Below, one piece after another: positions 47,414-57,625 of a stretch of DNA of 61,274 nt. The notes beneath the pieces were generated by a model that was not told the DNA's origin, made no database searches, and saw nothing but the letters and a program-made list of their open reading frames with translations. How positions within the stretch are numbered: the first letter of the stretch is position 1; every line of letters begins with the position of its first letter. Both the position numbers and the translations under genes were made by a program. The stretch spans positions 1-61,274 of IMG/VR virus record IMGVR_UViG_3300025769_000007. The stretch is one strand, 5' to 3'. The DNA is from a virus (taxonomy: Duplodnaviria > Caudoviricetes).

Positions 47414-47752
47414 TTAAAACGCTTCCATGACTATTTCATCTATAGAGTTTTGAACCTCCTTAAGGGTTGCTTCCATAGTCATCATAATATTTGCTTGAAA
47501 TCTTTTTACTTCTTCGTTATTATTAAATATAACAATAGTAGGAACAACCACTATTTTATATTCTTTAGACCATCTTGAATCTGCAGCTATATCAACTCTT
47601 TGAATTTCACAGTCTGATAGTTTTGATAACCAAGCCACTTCGTTAGCTTTATTAAAACTAGCATTAAACTCAACAGCAACCATTCCGTCAGAAAAATCTT
47701 GACCGTATATTGTTGATGTCAGAATAAAAAATATAATTAAAAAGTTTTTCAT
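47414..47752 (-). CDS. Exported thioredoxin-fold protein lacking CxxC
   Basis: Signal peptide IYG|Q; VEFNASFN replaces WCxxC; YKIVVVPTIVIFNNNEEVKRF. Confidence 0.7.
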   Translation of the reverse strand: MKNFLIIFFILTSTIYGQDFSDGMVAVEFNASFNKANEVAWLSKLSDCEIQRVDIAADSRWSKEYKIVVVPTIVIFNNNEEVKRFQANIMMTMEATLKEVQNSIDEIVMEAF

Positions 47753-47756
47753 AAGA

Positions 47757-48041
47757 TTACCTTAACTTATCAATCTTCTCCTCCATTCTAATCATTTGAC
47801 TCTTAATGTCTTTAACGTCATCCTGAGTTGACATAATTGTTTGTCTAATAAGTTGATCTTTCATATCATACTCCATACGAGTAATTTCTGGATCAGGAGG
47901 AAGAGGTAATTTTTTAGCCTCTGCTATATCTGCTTGCAGTACAAACCAACCACTAATTACTGCAGCCATTACAAAACCTATACCTGCTAAAGTCTTTAGA
48001 CTTATATTAAAAGACGTTTCTTCGCTTAGTTCTTTTGCCAT
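47757..48041 (-). CDS. Single-TM coiled-coil protein
   Basis: TM helix at about residues 17-34 and C-terminal coiled coil. Confidence 0.65.
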   Translation of the reverse strand: MAKELSEETSFNISLKTLAGIGFVMAAVISGWFVLQADIAEAKKLPLPPDPEITRMEYDMKDQLIRQTIMSTQDDVKDIKSQMIRMEEKIDKLR

Positions 48042-48043
48042 TT

Positions 48044-49141
48044 TTAGAATATTACATAATTAAGGCCAACGCTAAAGTTGTGCCACTGTCTGTTCCAATA
48101 CTTATTGTATCTTCCTTCCACAAATATACCAAAACTTTTATTAAATCTATAACCATAAATTAAACCTAAAGAATAGTCAACCCATTGACCTTCATTAAAC
48201 TTATGATAAGAGTAAGTATTCTTAGTGTCTAAGTGGTATGGCATAACATTACCCCAAGTGTGAAACCAGAAGTCTTTTGTGAAATGATAATAGTCCATAC
48301 CCACAACAAAAGAATACTCAACTATATTAGATATAGAGTTTCTTTGTTTTTCTACATAATTATTTATAACTTGTGGTATAACAACTTCTTCCCACACTTC
48401 TTGACTGCTGGCTACAAGAGTTCCATCAGGCGAAAAGTACTCTCCCCCTAGGGTGATGTTGTACCCCTCTTGAAGAGCAAGGTATGTATAATGAAGAGTT
48501 CCATTATCTAATACCCAGTCTTCTAAAGGATTAAAGCCATAAGGTTCGGCAAGTCTTTGTACTAAACCCCCATTTAATGAAAGCTTACCGCTCCTTATCT
48601 TTAATCTAAATCTTTCTGATGCTTCAAAATATTTTATATCTGCAAAACCATCCTCAAGGTACTCTACTTTACTCACCCATTTATCTGCAACATATCTTAC
48701 AAAGTGATGATGATTAGTGTAGTTTACCCCTAAACGTCTTACAAAATCAGCCTCGAACAAATATTCAAAACCATCAACTCTACCAATGGTTGCGGCATCA
48801 GAATAAGAGTTTTCCGTACCATTATAAAAAGTGTTGGCTCTGTTCTCATATCCGAATCTTTTAATCTTTCTAATACCAATAGATATATTATAATCAAATG
48901 GTGTTTTAATAGTTTCTTCTTCTAAAGATCCAGATGTTACAGACCATATTTGATCATCACCTAATGATGTACCACCATTAACTGCAGCGTAAAATGTAGA
49001 GTATTTAAATATTTTATGTAAATCTTGAGCTTTACAAGACGGAGCAAATAATCCAAAAAACACAACATAAAATAAAACTAGTATTACCCAAAATAACAAA
49101 TACCCAACATCAGGTGTAAAAAATTCTTTTAATCTTTTCAT
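48044..49141 (-). CDS. Putative outer-membrane beta-barrel protein
   Basis: Signal CKA|Q, aromatic alternating strands, C-terminal beta-signal FSVGLNYVIF. Confidence 0.7.
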   Translation of the reverse strand: MKRLKEFFTPDVGYLLFWVILVLFYVVFFGLFAPSCKAQDLHKIFKYSTFYAAVNGGTSLGDDQIWSVTSGSLEEETIKTPFDYNISIGIRKIKRFGYENRANTFYNGTENSYSDAATIGRVDGFEYLFEADFVRRLGVNYTNHHHFVRYVADKWVSKVEYLEDGFADIKYFEASERFRLKIRSGKLSLNGGLVQRLAEPYGFNPLEDWVLDNGTLHYTYLALQEGYNITLGGEYFSPDGTLVASSQEVWEEVVIPQVINNYVEKQRNSISNIVEYSFVVGMDYYHFTKDFWFHTWGNVMPYHLDTKNTYSYHKFNEGQWVDYSLGLIYGYRFNKSFGIFVEGRYNKYWNRQWHNFSVGLNYVIF

Positions 49142-52100
49142 TTCTTTAATATGCTTTTAGTAGTAGTTACACCATCATATGTTACACTAAAATAATACAC
49201 TCCTGAATTTAATAAACTCATGTTTAATTGATTTAAACCTTTTTTAGTATATCTTTCTTTTACGTGTATTACTACTTTACCTGCTGAGTCATAAACAACA
49301 ACCTCTACCTTTCCGTTAGTTAGTATATTTATATAGTCAGTTACGGGAACAGGATACATAACTACGTTATGTCCTCTCAATAAATCTCTAGTATCTAATG
49401 GGCTATCCCAGCTACAGCTCCAGTATAATTCTTGACATTTATCGTCCCACTCATTATTACAACAATAAGGATCTACCATTAAAACCCAAGCGTAACATGT
49501 GTCATTCAACCAATATGGATTACCAGGACCATCAACACAACCTGCGTCATACAAACAACTACCATCCTCTGTATTAGAAAACTCGCTATAATTATGTGCC
49601 ATCTGATCCATACATCCTTCTATAATGTCTATACAAGCATCATTATCTGTGTTAGCTGTTTCGTCATAATTAAACGACTCTGGATTAGTGCATCCTAATA
49701 CAATATCAATACAAGAGAAGTCCTCTGTGTTAGCGTTTACACTATAATTAAACGCTGCAGGATCTGTACAACCATAGACTACTTCAATACAAGATTGGTT
49801 GTCTGCATTTGCAAGAACATCGTAATTAAAAGCAGTAGAGTCCATACACCCATATATAGGAAGGATACAAGTATTATCGTCAGTATTTGCTTCAGCGTTG
49901 TAATTTAAAGCGTTAGGATCATCGCATCCATATATAAATGATACGCAAGATTGATTATCGCTATTTGCAAGTGGATTGTAGTTATACATTGTATTGTCTG
50001 TACAACCGTATATAGGTGTAATACAAGACCCGTCATCCAGGTTAGCATCTAAAATATAATTTAAAGCTATAGGATTTGTACACCCATAAACTATTCCTTC
50101 ACAACTCTGATTATCAGTGTTAGCTAACGGGTTATAATTATAAGCTGAAGAATCAGTACAACCGTATATTATATTTATACAAGAACCATCATCAGTATTT
50201 GCGTCCTGATTGTAGTTCAAAGATTGAGGGTTTATGCATCCGTAAATATATTCTAAACAGGTTCCGTTATCTGAGTTAGAAAGAGGATCATAATTAAATG
50301 CAGTAGAATCACCGCACCCAAATACAAAAGAAATACAATTATTGCTTTCTGTGTTTGCTTCTTCATTATAGTTATACATTGTTGCGTCCATACATCCAAT
50401 AACAACTTCTACGCATAACCCGTTATCTGTATTTGCTGCTATATTAAAATTAAACATGCTTGGATCCGTACAACCTTCTATAACATCAACGCAACTTTCA
50501 TCGTCTGTATTAGCTAAAGGTTCATAATTAAAAGATGCCTCGTTAGTGCATCCATACACGTATGGTATACAATCATCGCTACTATCTGTAGCCTCAGGCA
50601 TAAAGTTAATTGATAAAGGATTAGTGCAACCAACAACTTCAAGTTCATCACAAACTTCATCTAAATCAATATCATTAAGACAATCTCCGTTACAATCTTC
50701 GTAAACTTCTACTGGATAAAAACAACCACCATTGTCTGCGTTAGCTTCTTGGTCATAATTACAAGCCTCAGAATCAGTACATCCTAAATAAATACAATTG
50801 CCATCGTCTATATTAGATTCTGCATTATAGTTCCAAGCCTGGTTGTCCATGCAACCATAAACTATAGCTTCACAACTTTCATCATCAACATTAGCTTCTG
50901 CATTATAGTTAAACGCTAAATCGTTTGTACAACCTAATACAATATCAATACATTCTTCAGATTGAGTGTTAGCAAGAGAATCGTAATTTAAAGCAAAAGG
51001 ATCTAAACAACCTTCTACAACTGGAATACAATAATCTCCACAATATGGCATAACACTATATACATGCCAAAAAGGAGCTTGATAAGCTTTTAATATTCCC
51101 GCCCCATTATTCATAAAAGGATTAGTTCCCGCTTGTATTGTTGTAACACCATTAGAGTTTATTAGTCTAAAAGAATTGTGCATTGTTTGGAACTCTACTT
51201 CAGCTTGAGGCTGCTGAGGCTTCCCTATCTCGAAATAATAAATATCTATAGGTTTATCAGTAGATAAAGTTATTTCAAACTCTTGATAGTATTCTCCTGC
51301 TACCACAGTATAAGTTCCTATAGATACACCACCCTGAACTAAACCTATATAGGAGTCTCCCCATCCATCACCTGCATCATCCTCTATAATTAAAGTGTAA
51401 TCACAAGATGGGATTATATCATTTAATGTAGCCTCAGGATTGTAATTAAATGAAGATGGATTTAAGCAACCTAAAGTGTGTGGGTTTGTACAACTTCCAT
51501 CATCTACATCTGCAAAAGGATTATACTCTATATAGTCAGGATCCATGCAGCCATAAACTACAGGTATAGGGCAGTTTTCTAATTGTATAACTCCTGAGTA
51601 TGCTGCGTTACCAAAACCTGCATCAGGTAAAGACCATAAAGTATCTAAAACCCCGCAAGGTTCTAAGTCACCTAAAATAACAAAGTTACCATCTACACCT
51701 CCGCTATATAACGACCCTTGCATACCGTCACCGTATGTATCACTTATTATAAGTTCCACACCAAATTCTGGAGCACACAAACTATAAGATATTGTAGTAT
51801 TTGCTTGATTGTAATTATAAGTGTTGCCTAGAACACTTTCTACTGGTTGTCCTGTAGATATATCAGTAAGAATCCACCCAGTTTCGTTTGGATATTGATC
51901 TAGAGTAACTTCTAAAATCATTCTAGCCTCACCATCGCTACACTCTGTATTTATACAGCTACCATTGTCAACCTGCGCCCAAGGGTTATAATTGTTAGCA
52001 TCTTGATCTGTACAACCCAATACTGGAAACTGACAAGAATTATTATCAACATTGGCTAGAGAGTCGTAATTAAGAGCTAAGGGATCTACACAACCTAACA

Positions 52101-52326
52101 CTGTGTCTATTGGTGCTTCACAGTCACCTGCGTCATAACCAAATTCTTCACAATTAAAATCTATAGGGTTACCATTCCATGTATACGAACCATCGTCACA
52201 AAAACCATCACTTAACCAGTTTTCTGGAGATGGTGTTCCAAAACAGTCAACAAATGTGCTGTCTTGAGAAAATGAGTTAATAGTAATAAATAATAGTAGG
52301 TAACTTAATTTCTTTAACACTTCCAT
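49138..52326 (-). CDS. Cys-rich repeat protein with T9SS C-terminal sorting domain
   Basis: Signal SFS|Q; LNR-like WLSDGFCDDG...FNCEEFGYDAGDC; 22 GCxDxxAxNYxxxANxDDxSC repeats; CTD MYPVP...VYDSAGK...LNSGVYYF...TKSILKK. Confidence 0.85.
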   Translation of the reverse strand: MEVLKKLSYLLLFITINSFSQDSTFVDCFGTPSPENWLSDGFCDDGSYTWNGNPIDFNCEEFGYDAGDCEAPIDTVLGCVDPLALNYDSLANVDNNSCQFPVLGCTDQDANNYNPWAQVDNGSCINTECSDGEARMILEVTLDQYPNETGWILTDISTGQPVESVLGNTYNYNQANTTISYSLCAPEFGVELIISDTYGDGMQGSLYSGGVDGNFVILGDLEPCGVLDTLWSLPDAGFGNAAYSGVIQLENCPIPVVYGCMDPDYIEYNPFADVDDGSCTNPHTLGCLNPSSFNYNPEATLNDIIPSCDYTLIIEDDAGDGWGDSYIGLVQGGVSIGTYTVVAGEYYQEFEITLSTDKPIDIYYFEIGKPQQPQAEVEFQTMHNSFRLINSNGVTTIQAGTNPFMNNGAGILKAYQAPFWHVYSVMPYCGDYCIPVVEGCLDPFALNYDSLANTQSEECIDIVLGCTNDLAFNYNAEANVDDESCEAIVYGCMDNQAWNYNAESNIDDGNCIYLGCTDSEACNYDQEANADNGGCFYPVEVYEDCNGDCLNDIDLDEVCDELEVVGCTNPLSINFMPEATDSSDDCIPYVYGCTNEASFNYEPLANTDDESCVDVIEGCTDPSMFNFNIAANTDNGLCVEVVIGCMDATMYNYNEEANTESNNCISFVFGCGDSTAFNYDPLSNSDNGTCLEYIYGCINPQSLNYNQDANTDDGSCINIIYGCTDSSAYNYNPLANTDNQSCEGIVYGCTNPIALNYILDANLDDGSCITPIYGCTDNTMYNYNPLANSDNQSCVSFIYGCDDPNALNYNAEANTDDNTCILPIYGCMDSTAFNYDVLANADNQSCIEVVYGCTDPAAFNYSVNANTEDFSCIDIVLGCTNPESFNYDETANTDNDACIDIIEGCMDQMAHNYSEFSNTEDGSCLYDAGCVDGPGNPYWLNDTCYAWVLMVDPYCCNNEWDDKCQELYWSCSWDSPLDTRDLLRGHNVVMYPVPVTDYINILTNGKVEVVVYDSAGKVVIHVKERYTKKGLNQLNMSLLNSGVYYFSVTYDGVTTTKSILKK

Positions 52327-52847
52327 CGTCTTCGTGCTTGTCGGATTCTTGAATTAGGATCGTTTTGAGTCTTTTGACTGCTACGTTTTAATTGACCTAG
52401 TGATCTAGCACAATAAGATTTACGTCTTTTAGCTGCTTTACTACCAGGCTTTACTTTACCAGTTACTGCAGTTTTAAGCTTGCTACCAGGGTTTGCACGT
52501 CTGTAAGCCTTAACACCTTTCTGTGTCATACCTGCACCAGACTTAGTAGGCCTAAAGTTACCAGACTTAATACTAGTCTTTATGCCCATACCTTTTTTAG
52601 CTTTCTTTACTGCTTTCACTTTTTTATATCTAGATACTCTGCCTTTAGTGTTCTTTTCTATTTGAGCTCTACGTTTCTCTCCAGGAGTGAGTTCACTCCA
52701 AGTAGTAGGCGTATCTTTTGTTATTCTTTTAGTAGGGCGAAAAGTATTTTCTCCACCCTCGTAACCTTTTTTGCCTTTAGGTGTACGCCAGTCTTCTTTG
52801 AACCAGCGTTTAAGTCGTAAACCTGCTGCTGTCTTTCTAACTGCCAT
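52314..52847 (-). CDS. Basic conserved phage protein (two small fused domains)
   Basis: LKRWFKEDW...TPTTWSEL and GAGMTQKGVKAYRRANPGSKLK...RRKSYCARS...RRWKC. Confidence 0.7.
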   Translation of the reverse strand: MAVRKTAAGLRLKRWFKEDWRTPKGKKGYEGGENTFRPTKRITKDTPTTWSELTPGEKRRAQIEKNTKGRVSRYKKVKAVKKAKKGMGIKTSIKSGNFRPTKSGAGMTQKGVKAYRRANPGSKLKTAVTGKVKPGSKAAKRRKSYCARSLGQLKRSSQKTQNDPNSRIRQARRRWKC

Positions 52848-53230
52848 TACTTTTTCTTTTTAGAATAAAGTTTATCACCTTTCTTTATTACTTTATAACC
52901 AAGAGCTCTTTCTATTTTTTTTGTTTTATATATGGTAGGATGTTTTCTACCTTTTAAAATTCTACCTGTTTCAGGAACTCTTGATTGCATGTGTCCAGTA
53001 GCGTCAGGTTTTATACCTCTTTTATTAGCCTCTTCATAGTCATACCCATATTTAAGTTGAGTTGACTTTTCTTTACTAGTTCCTTTTGCTTTATCAATTT
53101 TTTTATCTGCACGTTTATACCTGCGAATATCTTTTTTAGACATTTGCTCTCCTTTGTACATGCGTCCTTTAGCAGCCTTTTTAGCAAACCTTTTTTCTAA
53201 TTTTTTTATTTTTTTAACAGGATCTGCCAT
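52847..53230 (-). CDS. Basic hypothetical protein
   Basis: GHMQSRVPETGRILKGRKHPT motif. Confidence 0.65.
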   Translation of the reverse strand: MADPVKKIKKLEKRFAKKAAKGRMYKGEQMSKKDIRRYKRADKKIDKAKGTSKEKSTQLKYGYDYEEANKRGIKPDATGHMQSRVPETGRILKGRKHPTIYKTKKIERALGYKVIKKGDKLYSKKKK

Positions 53231-53445
53231 TACTTCTTCTTTTTACCACCTTCACCCCAGTTAGCAGCACCTACTTTTCTACACTTAGCCATTGCACCAC
53301 TTCTATAAGCTGAAGTCTTAGGTCCGTATCTAGATACTACCTTGTGGTAGCAAGCGTCTTTTACAGAACCACCTTTCTTCATAACCTTTACGCTACTACC
53401 TTTCTTCTTTCGCTTTACAGCTTTACAAGTGCAATTCTTTCCCAT
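53230..53445 (-). CDS. Small basic conserved phage protein
   Basis: KDACYHKV...SAYRSGAMAKCRKVGAANWG. Confidence 0.7.
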   Translation of the reverse strand: MGKNCTCKAVKRKKKGSSVKVMKKGGSVKDACYHKVVSRYGPKTSAYRSGAMAKCRKVGAANWGEGGKKKK

Positions 53446-53657
53446 TATTTTTTAGCAAATTTTTCTACACCAGAAATACCAAACGAGCCTAACACAACCC
53501 ACACGAAGGAATCGTATACAAACTCGTTTATTACTAGGTCTGATCCAACCCACCCTGTAACAAGGTCAGCTATCATTATAAGGCACATAATAGCAAAGGC
53601 TATAAACCCTACGATAGCTTTCTCGTTCCAGGCGTTATCGTTTTTAAATATTTCCAT
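53445..53657 (-). CDS. Two-TM membrane protein (holin-like)
   Basis: Two hydrophobic helices, 70 aa. Confidence 0.6.
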   Translation of the reverse strand: MEIFKNDNAWNEKAIVGFIAFAIMCLIMIADLVTGWVGSDLVINEFVYDSFVWVVLGSFGISGVEKFAKK

Positions 53658-53659
53658 TA

Positions 53660-54139
53660 TTAAAGAACTTCAAATCCAAATGTAAATACAAGACCTGAAG
53701 CTGCATATGTTTTAGTAGCAGTAGCAACACCAGCAACATATATAGCACCTTCATCATTGTCATCTCCATCAGATTGAACTACTAAGTCTATATCAGTAAG
53801 AGTGCTTATATTTCCTAGTATATAATCTCCTACTCCACCAGAAAGTGCAGGCATAGTTACACAACCTAATGGCTTTGCTAATAATAAATTAGCATCTGTA
53901 ATATCTATTACATCACCTAAGGTTCCTAAGTCTTTGCTAACTTGAAAAAAATATAAATCTACAGCAGCTTGATTATCATCAGTATCAACCATAACTGCAG
54001 ATTTTAATAAAGATGCTGCATCTCTAGGGCAAGCACCAGGAATTTTTACTGGATTAAATAATACATCTGCATCATCAACTGCTGCACCAGTTTTACAAAC
54101 AGGAGTTACAGTTACTGTGTGATATTTTCTTTGTGCCAT
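53660..54139 (-). CDS. Probable virion structural protein
   Basis: 159 aa, beta-rich, first gene of the late arm. Confidence 0.55.
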   Translation of the reverse strand: MAQRKYHTVTVTPVCKTGAAVDDADVLFNPVKIPGACPRDAASLLKSAVMVDTDDNQAAVDLYFFQVSKDLGTLGDVIDITDANLLLAKPLGCVTMPALSGGVGDYILGNISTLTDIDLVVQSDGDDNDEGAIYVAGVATATKTYAASGLVFTFGFEVL

Positions 54140-54172
54140 TATTTTTTTATTTTAAATTTTTTATTTTATACG

Positions 54173-54218
54173 CAAATGTAATGATAATTTTTTAATTATA
54201 ATAAAATTATTATCTTTG
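54173..54218. promoter_or_regulatory. Divergent promoter pair
   Basis: TACATTTG on - (54173-54180) and TATCTTTG on + (54211-54218) at the strand switch. Confidence 0.7.
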
Positions 54219-54238
54219 ACCTAATTTAATCTAAGACA

Positions 54239-54562
54239 ATGAGGAATTACCTGAAGTATCTAAGTGATACCATGTACTCCTTCCAAAGAAAGTACGACCT
54301 TACAGATAACCAGATGAGGTTCCTTCTTTTTATAAATGACGAGAAAGGGTCTTTCACTAAAAGGTTTATAAGGGAAAATATGTACGTTAGTAAAAACTTT
54401 AATGATAGAATGTTTCCCGAACTAGTTAAAAGGGATTACATCTTTGTCTTTGAAAAACGAGCCTGGAACTCAAATCAACCGAACCAGTATCGTGTAACAC
54501 ATAAAACTCATAGGTTGATTAATAAATTTTATAACGTCCTTGAGGGGACAGAGGAAATATAA
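54239..54562 (+). CDS. Winged-helix (MarR-like) protein
   Basis: YDLTDNQMRFLLFI...ELVKRDYI...YRVTHK. Confidence 0.6.
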   Translation: MRNYLKYLSDTMYSFQRKYDLTDNQMRFLLFINDEKGSFTKRFIRENMYVSKNFNDRMFPELVKRDYIFVFEKRAWNSNQPNQYRVTHKTHRLINKFYNVLEGTEEI

Positions 54563-54563
54563 A

Positions 54564-55508
54564 ATGATGAAACTTTTAAAAAAGAGAAAAGAAAAAAGAG
54601 CAGCTAAAAAAGCAGCTATAGATGCAGCACCTGGTACATCTAGATTAGAGAAAAGATTAAATGTTGCTGGTGCAAAGGCTAGAGCTAAAAAAGCACAACG
54701 TCAAAAAGTAAAAGAAGCTAAAAAAGCATCAACAACTAAACTTTCTGACAAGCAGGCGGCTGAATTTGAAAAATTTGCTGGTGTTAAAAGCACAGTTGTT
54801 GCAAAAAAACCTAAGCCTGGAGATAGAATAGTATCTTCAAAACCAAAAGCAAAAGTTGTACAGCCTGAAAAAAAAGAAATATCTAAAGTTGATAGAACCG
54901 CAGGTATGACATTTAATCAAGCTTTTGCTGCTGCTAGAAAAGCAGGTCAAAAACGTTTTGAGTGGAGAGGTAAGTCATACAATACTAAATTAAAAGGTGA
55001 GGCTAAACATGGTGGTGCAGTAGCTATAATGATTGCACCCGTAAAAGCAAAAAAAATGAAAGCTGTTAAAAAAGCAAAGATGGGTGCTAAACTAAAAGAA
55101 GTACCATCAGATAATAAAGGTTTAGGTAAACTACCAAAAGAAGTTCGTAACAAGATGGGTTACATGAAGAATGGTGGTAAAATCGGTTCTAAAATGAACG
55201 ACCTTATATCACAACAAAAAGCTCTACAAGAAAAATTATCTAGGGCAGCTACAAAAGATAGTATAATGAAGAGTGAGTTTACAGTTGCTCAGGTTAGGAA
55301 GATGAAGTCAGACTTAAAATCTTTGGATGCTAAGATAAAAGAACTAAAAGGTGCAGGTTCAGGAACAGTAGAGAAAGCAACTCCATTGGGAAAAAGAGTA
55401 GGTAAAGATGGGAAGAAACTTATGTACGGTGGTGCTATGAAGAAGGCTATGTACGGTTCTAAGATGAAAAAAAAAGCAATGTACGGTGCTAAATTAAAGA
55501 AGAAGTAA
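54564..55508 (+). CDS. Highly basic Lys/Ala-rich protein (possible DNA-associated capsid cargo)
   Basis: TFNQAFAAARKAG...FEWRGKSYNT and MYGx[AK][ML]KK repeats; ATG at 54564. Confidence 0.65.
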   Translation: MMKLLKKRKEKRAAKKAAIDAAPGTSRLEKRLNVAGAKARAKKAQRQKVKEAKKASTTKLSDKQAAEFEKFAGVKSTVVAKKPKPGDRIVSSKPKAKVVQPEKKEISKVDRTAGMTFNQAFAAARKAGQKRFEWRGKSYNTKLKGEAKHGGAVAIMIAPVKAKKMKAVKKAKMGAKLKEVPSDNKGLGKLPKEVRNKMGYMKNGGKIGSKMNDLISQQKALQEKLSRAATKDSIMKSEFTVAQVRKMKSDLKSLDAKIKELKGAGSGTVEKATPLGKRVGKDGKKLMYGGAMKKAMYGSKMKKKAMYGAKLKKK

Positions 55509-55511
55509 TAA

Positions 55512-57623
55512 ATGAAATCACCCCTCAAGAAATCCATAGGTGAGGTAGTCACTGATTACGGAACTAAGGTAATGAGAATAATGAAGAAAAGGCTACAGCG
55601 TAGCCTTTTTGATTTTTACGGAGACGTAAAAGCTGACAACCTTAGAACAAGAGAAGCTATAAATGCTCCAACAACTCCTGTTGATGGTGATGGTGGTGTT
55701 ATATACACTAAGTCTGCAGACGGAAAACTATACTATAAAAGTAACGAAGTTGCAGAAGTTGAACTTAGTGCTTCTGATACTGTACTAACTACAGAACAGG
55801 TTCAGGATATTGCAGGTCCACTTGTAGCAACAGGGGGTACAAAGACTGGTATCACTATTACATACGATGATGCTAACAACGATATGGATTTTGTTGTTGA
55901 CCACGATGCTGCAACAAACTACGTTGCTGAAGAGCATTATAGATGGGACAACGATATACAATCTACTGCTACTATAAACCATGCTAACTTATCTTCTGAT
56001 ACAGGTTCAGATGGTGAAGTCCTTGTTGTTATAGATGGTGACGCTGTATGGGGACACCCTGAAAAGATACACCTACAGGTAAGAAACGATGAAGGTGCTA
56101 CTATACCTGCAGGGGCACCGCTATACTCTAAAATAGAACTAGGAGGTAGTGGTAGATTAAAGGTTGGAATATGTGACGCTAACGATCCTGCTAAAATGCC
56201 TTGTATAGGTCTTGCTGAGGCAGAGATGAATACTACATCTACTAAAGATAACTTTGCTATAACGCAAGGTATATACAACACAAACATATCTGGGTTTACA
56301 GGTCTTGCTGTGGGAGATACTTTGTATGTAGATACTTCAGGTTCTGCTCCATACCTTACACAAACAAAACCTACAGGGGAGTCCTCCCTTATACAAAACG
56401 TTGGTATTGTCGTAAAAACTAACGGTACTATATGTCAAGGACTACAAGTTTCTGCTATTGGTAGAACTAATGATGTGCCTAACTTAAATAGTGGATACAT
56501 ATTCTATGGTAACGGTAGTAACCAAGCAGCATCTACACAACTAAGTACTCTACTTCCTCCTGACTTAACAGTAGATGGTGCAGGAACCATACACGTTAAT
56601 AATGTGCCTACGTTAAATCAAAGTACAACTGGTAACGCTGCTACAGCAACATTAGCTACTAATGCACAAGGAATAACTGGAGCTACTGATGGAGATGTAA
56701 CAATTACATCTGATGGTGAAGTAACTGTAAAGCTTGATTCAGATAATGATGAATCTCTTCAAAAATTTAAAATAACAGACAATTCAGATGCAGTAGTTTT
56801 TAGTGTTGATGAAGGTGGAGCTATTTTTACATCTGGAAGTACTATAAGTAACACTGGTTCAGATAATGATTTACAGATACAGTCTGACGGTAATATGACT
56901 TTTGTTATTGATAGAGACAATGACGAAACAAGTCAATCCTTTTCTTTTAAAAACTTTAATGTAGAAGTAGCAAACTTAGATGAGTCAGGTAACCTTCAGA
57001 TAGATGGAACTTTAGAATTAGGGCACGCAAGTGATACTACAATAGCGAGATCAGCTGCTGGAAAAGTATCTATTGAAGGAGATGATATTCAGACTCAAGG
57101 TGAGAAGATAGGACAGTATTTTCAAATCAAAATAAAAGATTTAAACTCTTACATGTTTTACATGTATAATGATGACTATTGGTATAGTGCAGGTAGTGGG
57201 ACTTTAGCTATATTAGGATTAAGTACTGCTCCTTCAGCTATATCTAGTGCTAACAGTGAGTATCAAAGTAGAACAGCTTGCTATACTGCTGTAGCAGATT
57301 GTACTGTAAAGAAATTACAGCTAACATTTTATTGGAGTTCTTCTGTTGTTAACTCTGCAGATATAGATTTTGCTTTTAGTAAGTTCACACCAATAACAGA
57401 TGGTACAGCAGCAAGTATAACAATGAACGCTATTACAGCAACAGACCATAACGGGTCATATACAGAAAATAAACCATATCAAAAAACATTTACTTTTTCT
57501 GGAGCTAACGCTTCTTTGTCAGCAGGTGATGCTCTTGGGTTTCATATGAGAACAACAGGAGGTAGCAGTGCTCAAAGAGTTTTTATTTACGGAACAGCAA
57601 TATTATCAGTAGAATTAGATTAA
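55512..57623 (+). CDS. Fibre / receptor-binding structural protein
   Basis: 703 aa, Thr/Ser/Gly-rich; TGNAATAT and internal D[SR]DNDE repeats. Confidence 0.65.
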   Translation: MKSPLKKSIGEVVTDYGTKVMRIMKKRLQRSLFDFYGDVKADNLRTREAINAPTTPVDGDGGVIYTKSADGKLYYKSNEVAEVELSASDTVLTTEQVQDIAGPLVATGGTKTGITITYDDANNDMDFVVDHDAATNYVAEEHYRWDNDIQSTATINHANLSSDTGSDGEVLVVIDGDAVWGHPEKIHLQVRNDEGATIPAGAPLYSKIELGGSGRLKVGICDANDPAKMPCIGLAEAEMNTTSTKDNFAITQGIYNTNISGFTGLAVGDTLYVDTSGSAPYLTQTKPTGESSLIQNVGIVVKTNGTICQGLQVSAIGRTNDVPNLNSGYIFYGNGSNQAASTQLSTLLPPDLTVDGAGTIHVNNVPTLNQSTTGNAATATLATNAQGITGATDGDVTITSDGEVTVKLDSDNDESLQKFKITDNSDAVVFSVDEGGAIFTSGSTISNTGSDNDLQIQSDGNMTFVIDRDNDETSQSFSFKNFNVEVANLDESGNLQIDGTLELGHASDTTIARSAAGKVSIEGDDIQTQGEKIGQYFQIKIKDLNSYMFYMYNDDYWYSAGSGTLAILGLSTAPSAISSANSEYQSRTACYTAVADCTVKKLQLTFYWSSSVVNSADIDFAFSKFTPITDGTAASITMNAITATDHNGSYTENKPYQKTFTFSGANASLSAGDALGFHMRTTGGSSAQRVFIYGTAILSVELD

Positions 57624-57625
57624 CT

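Noticed and set aside
49560-51020. Periodic DNA repeats as a non-coding array or DGR target
   Set aside because: Explained by ~26-aa protein repeats with degenerate codons; no reverse transcriptase or TR/VR pair seen
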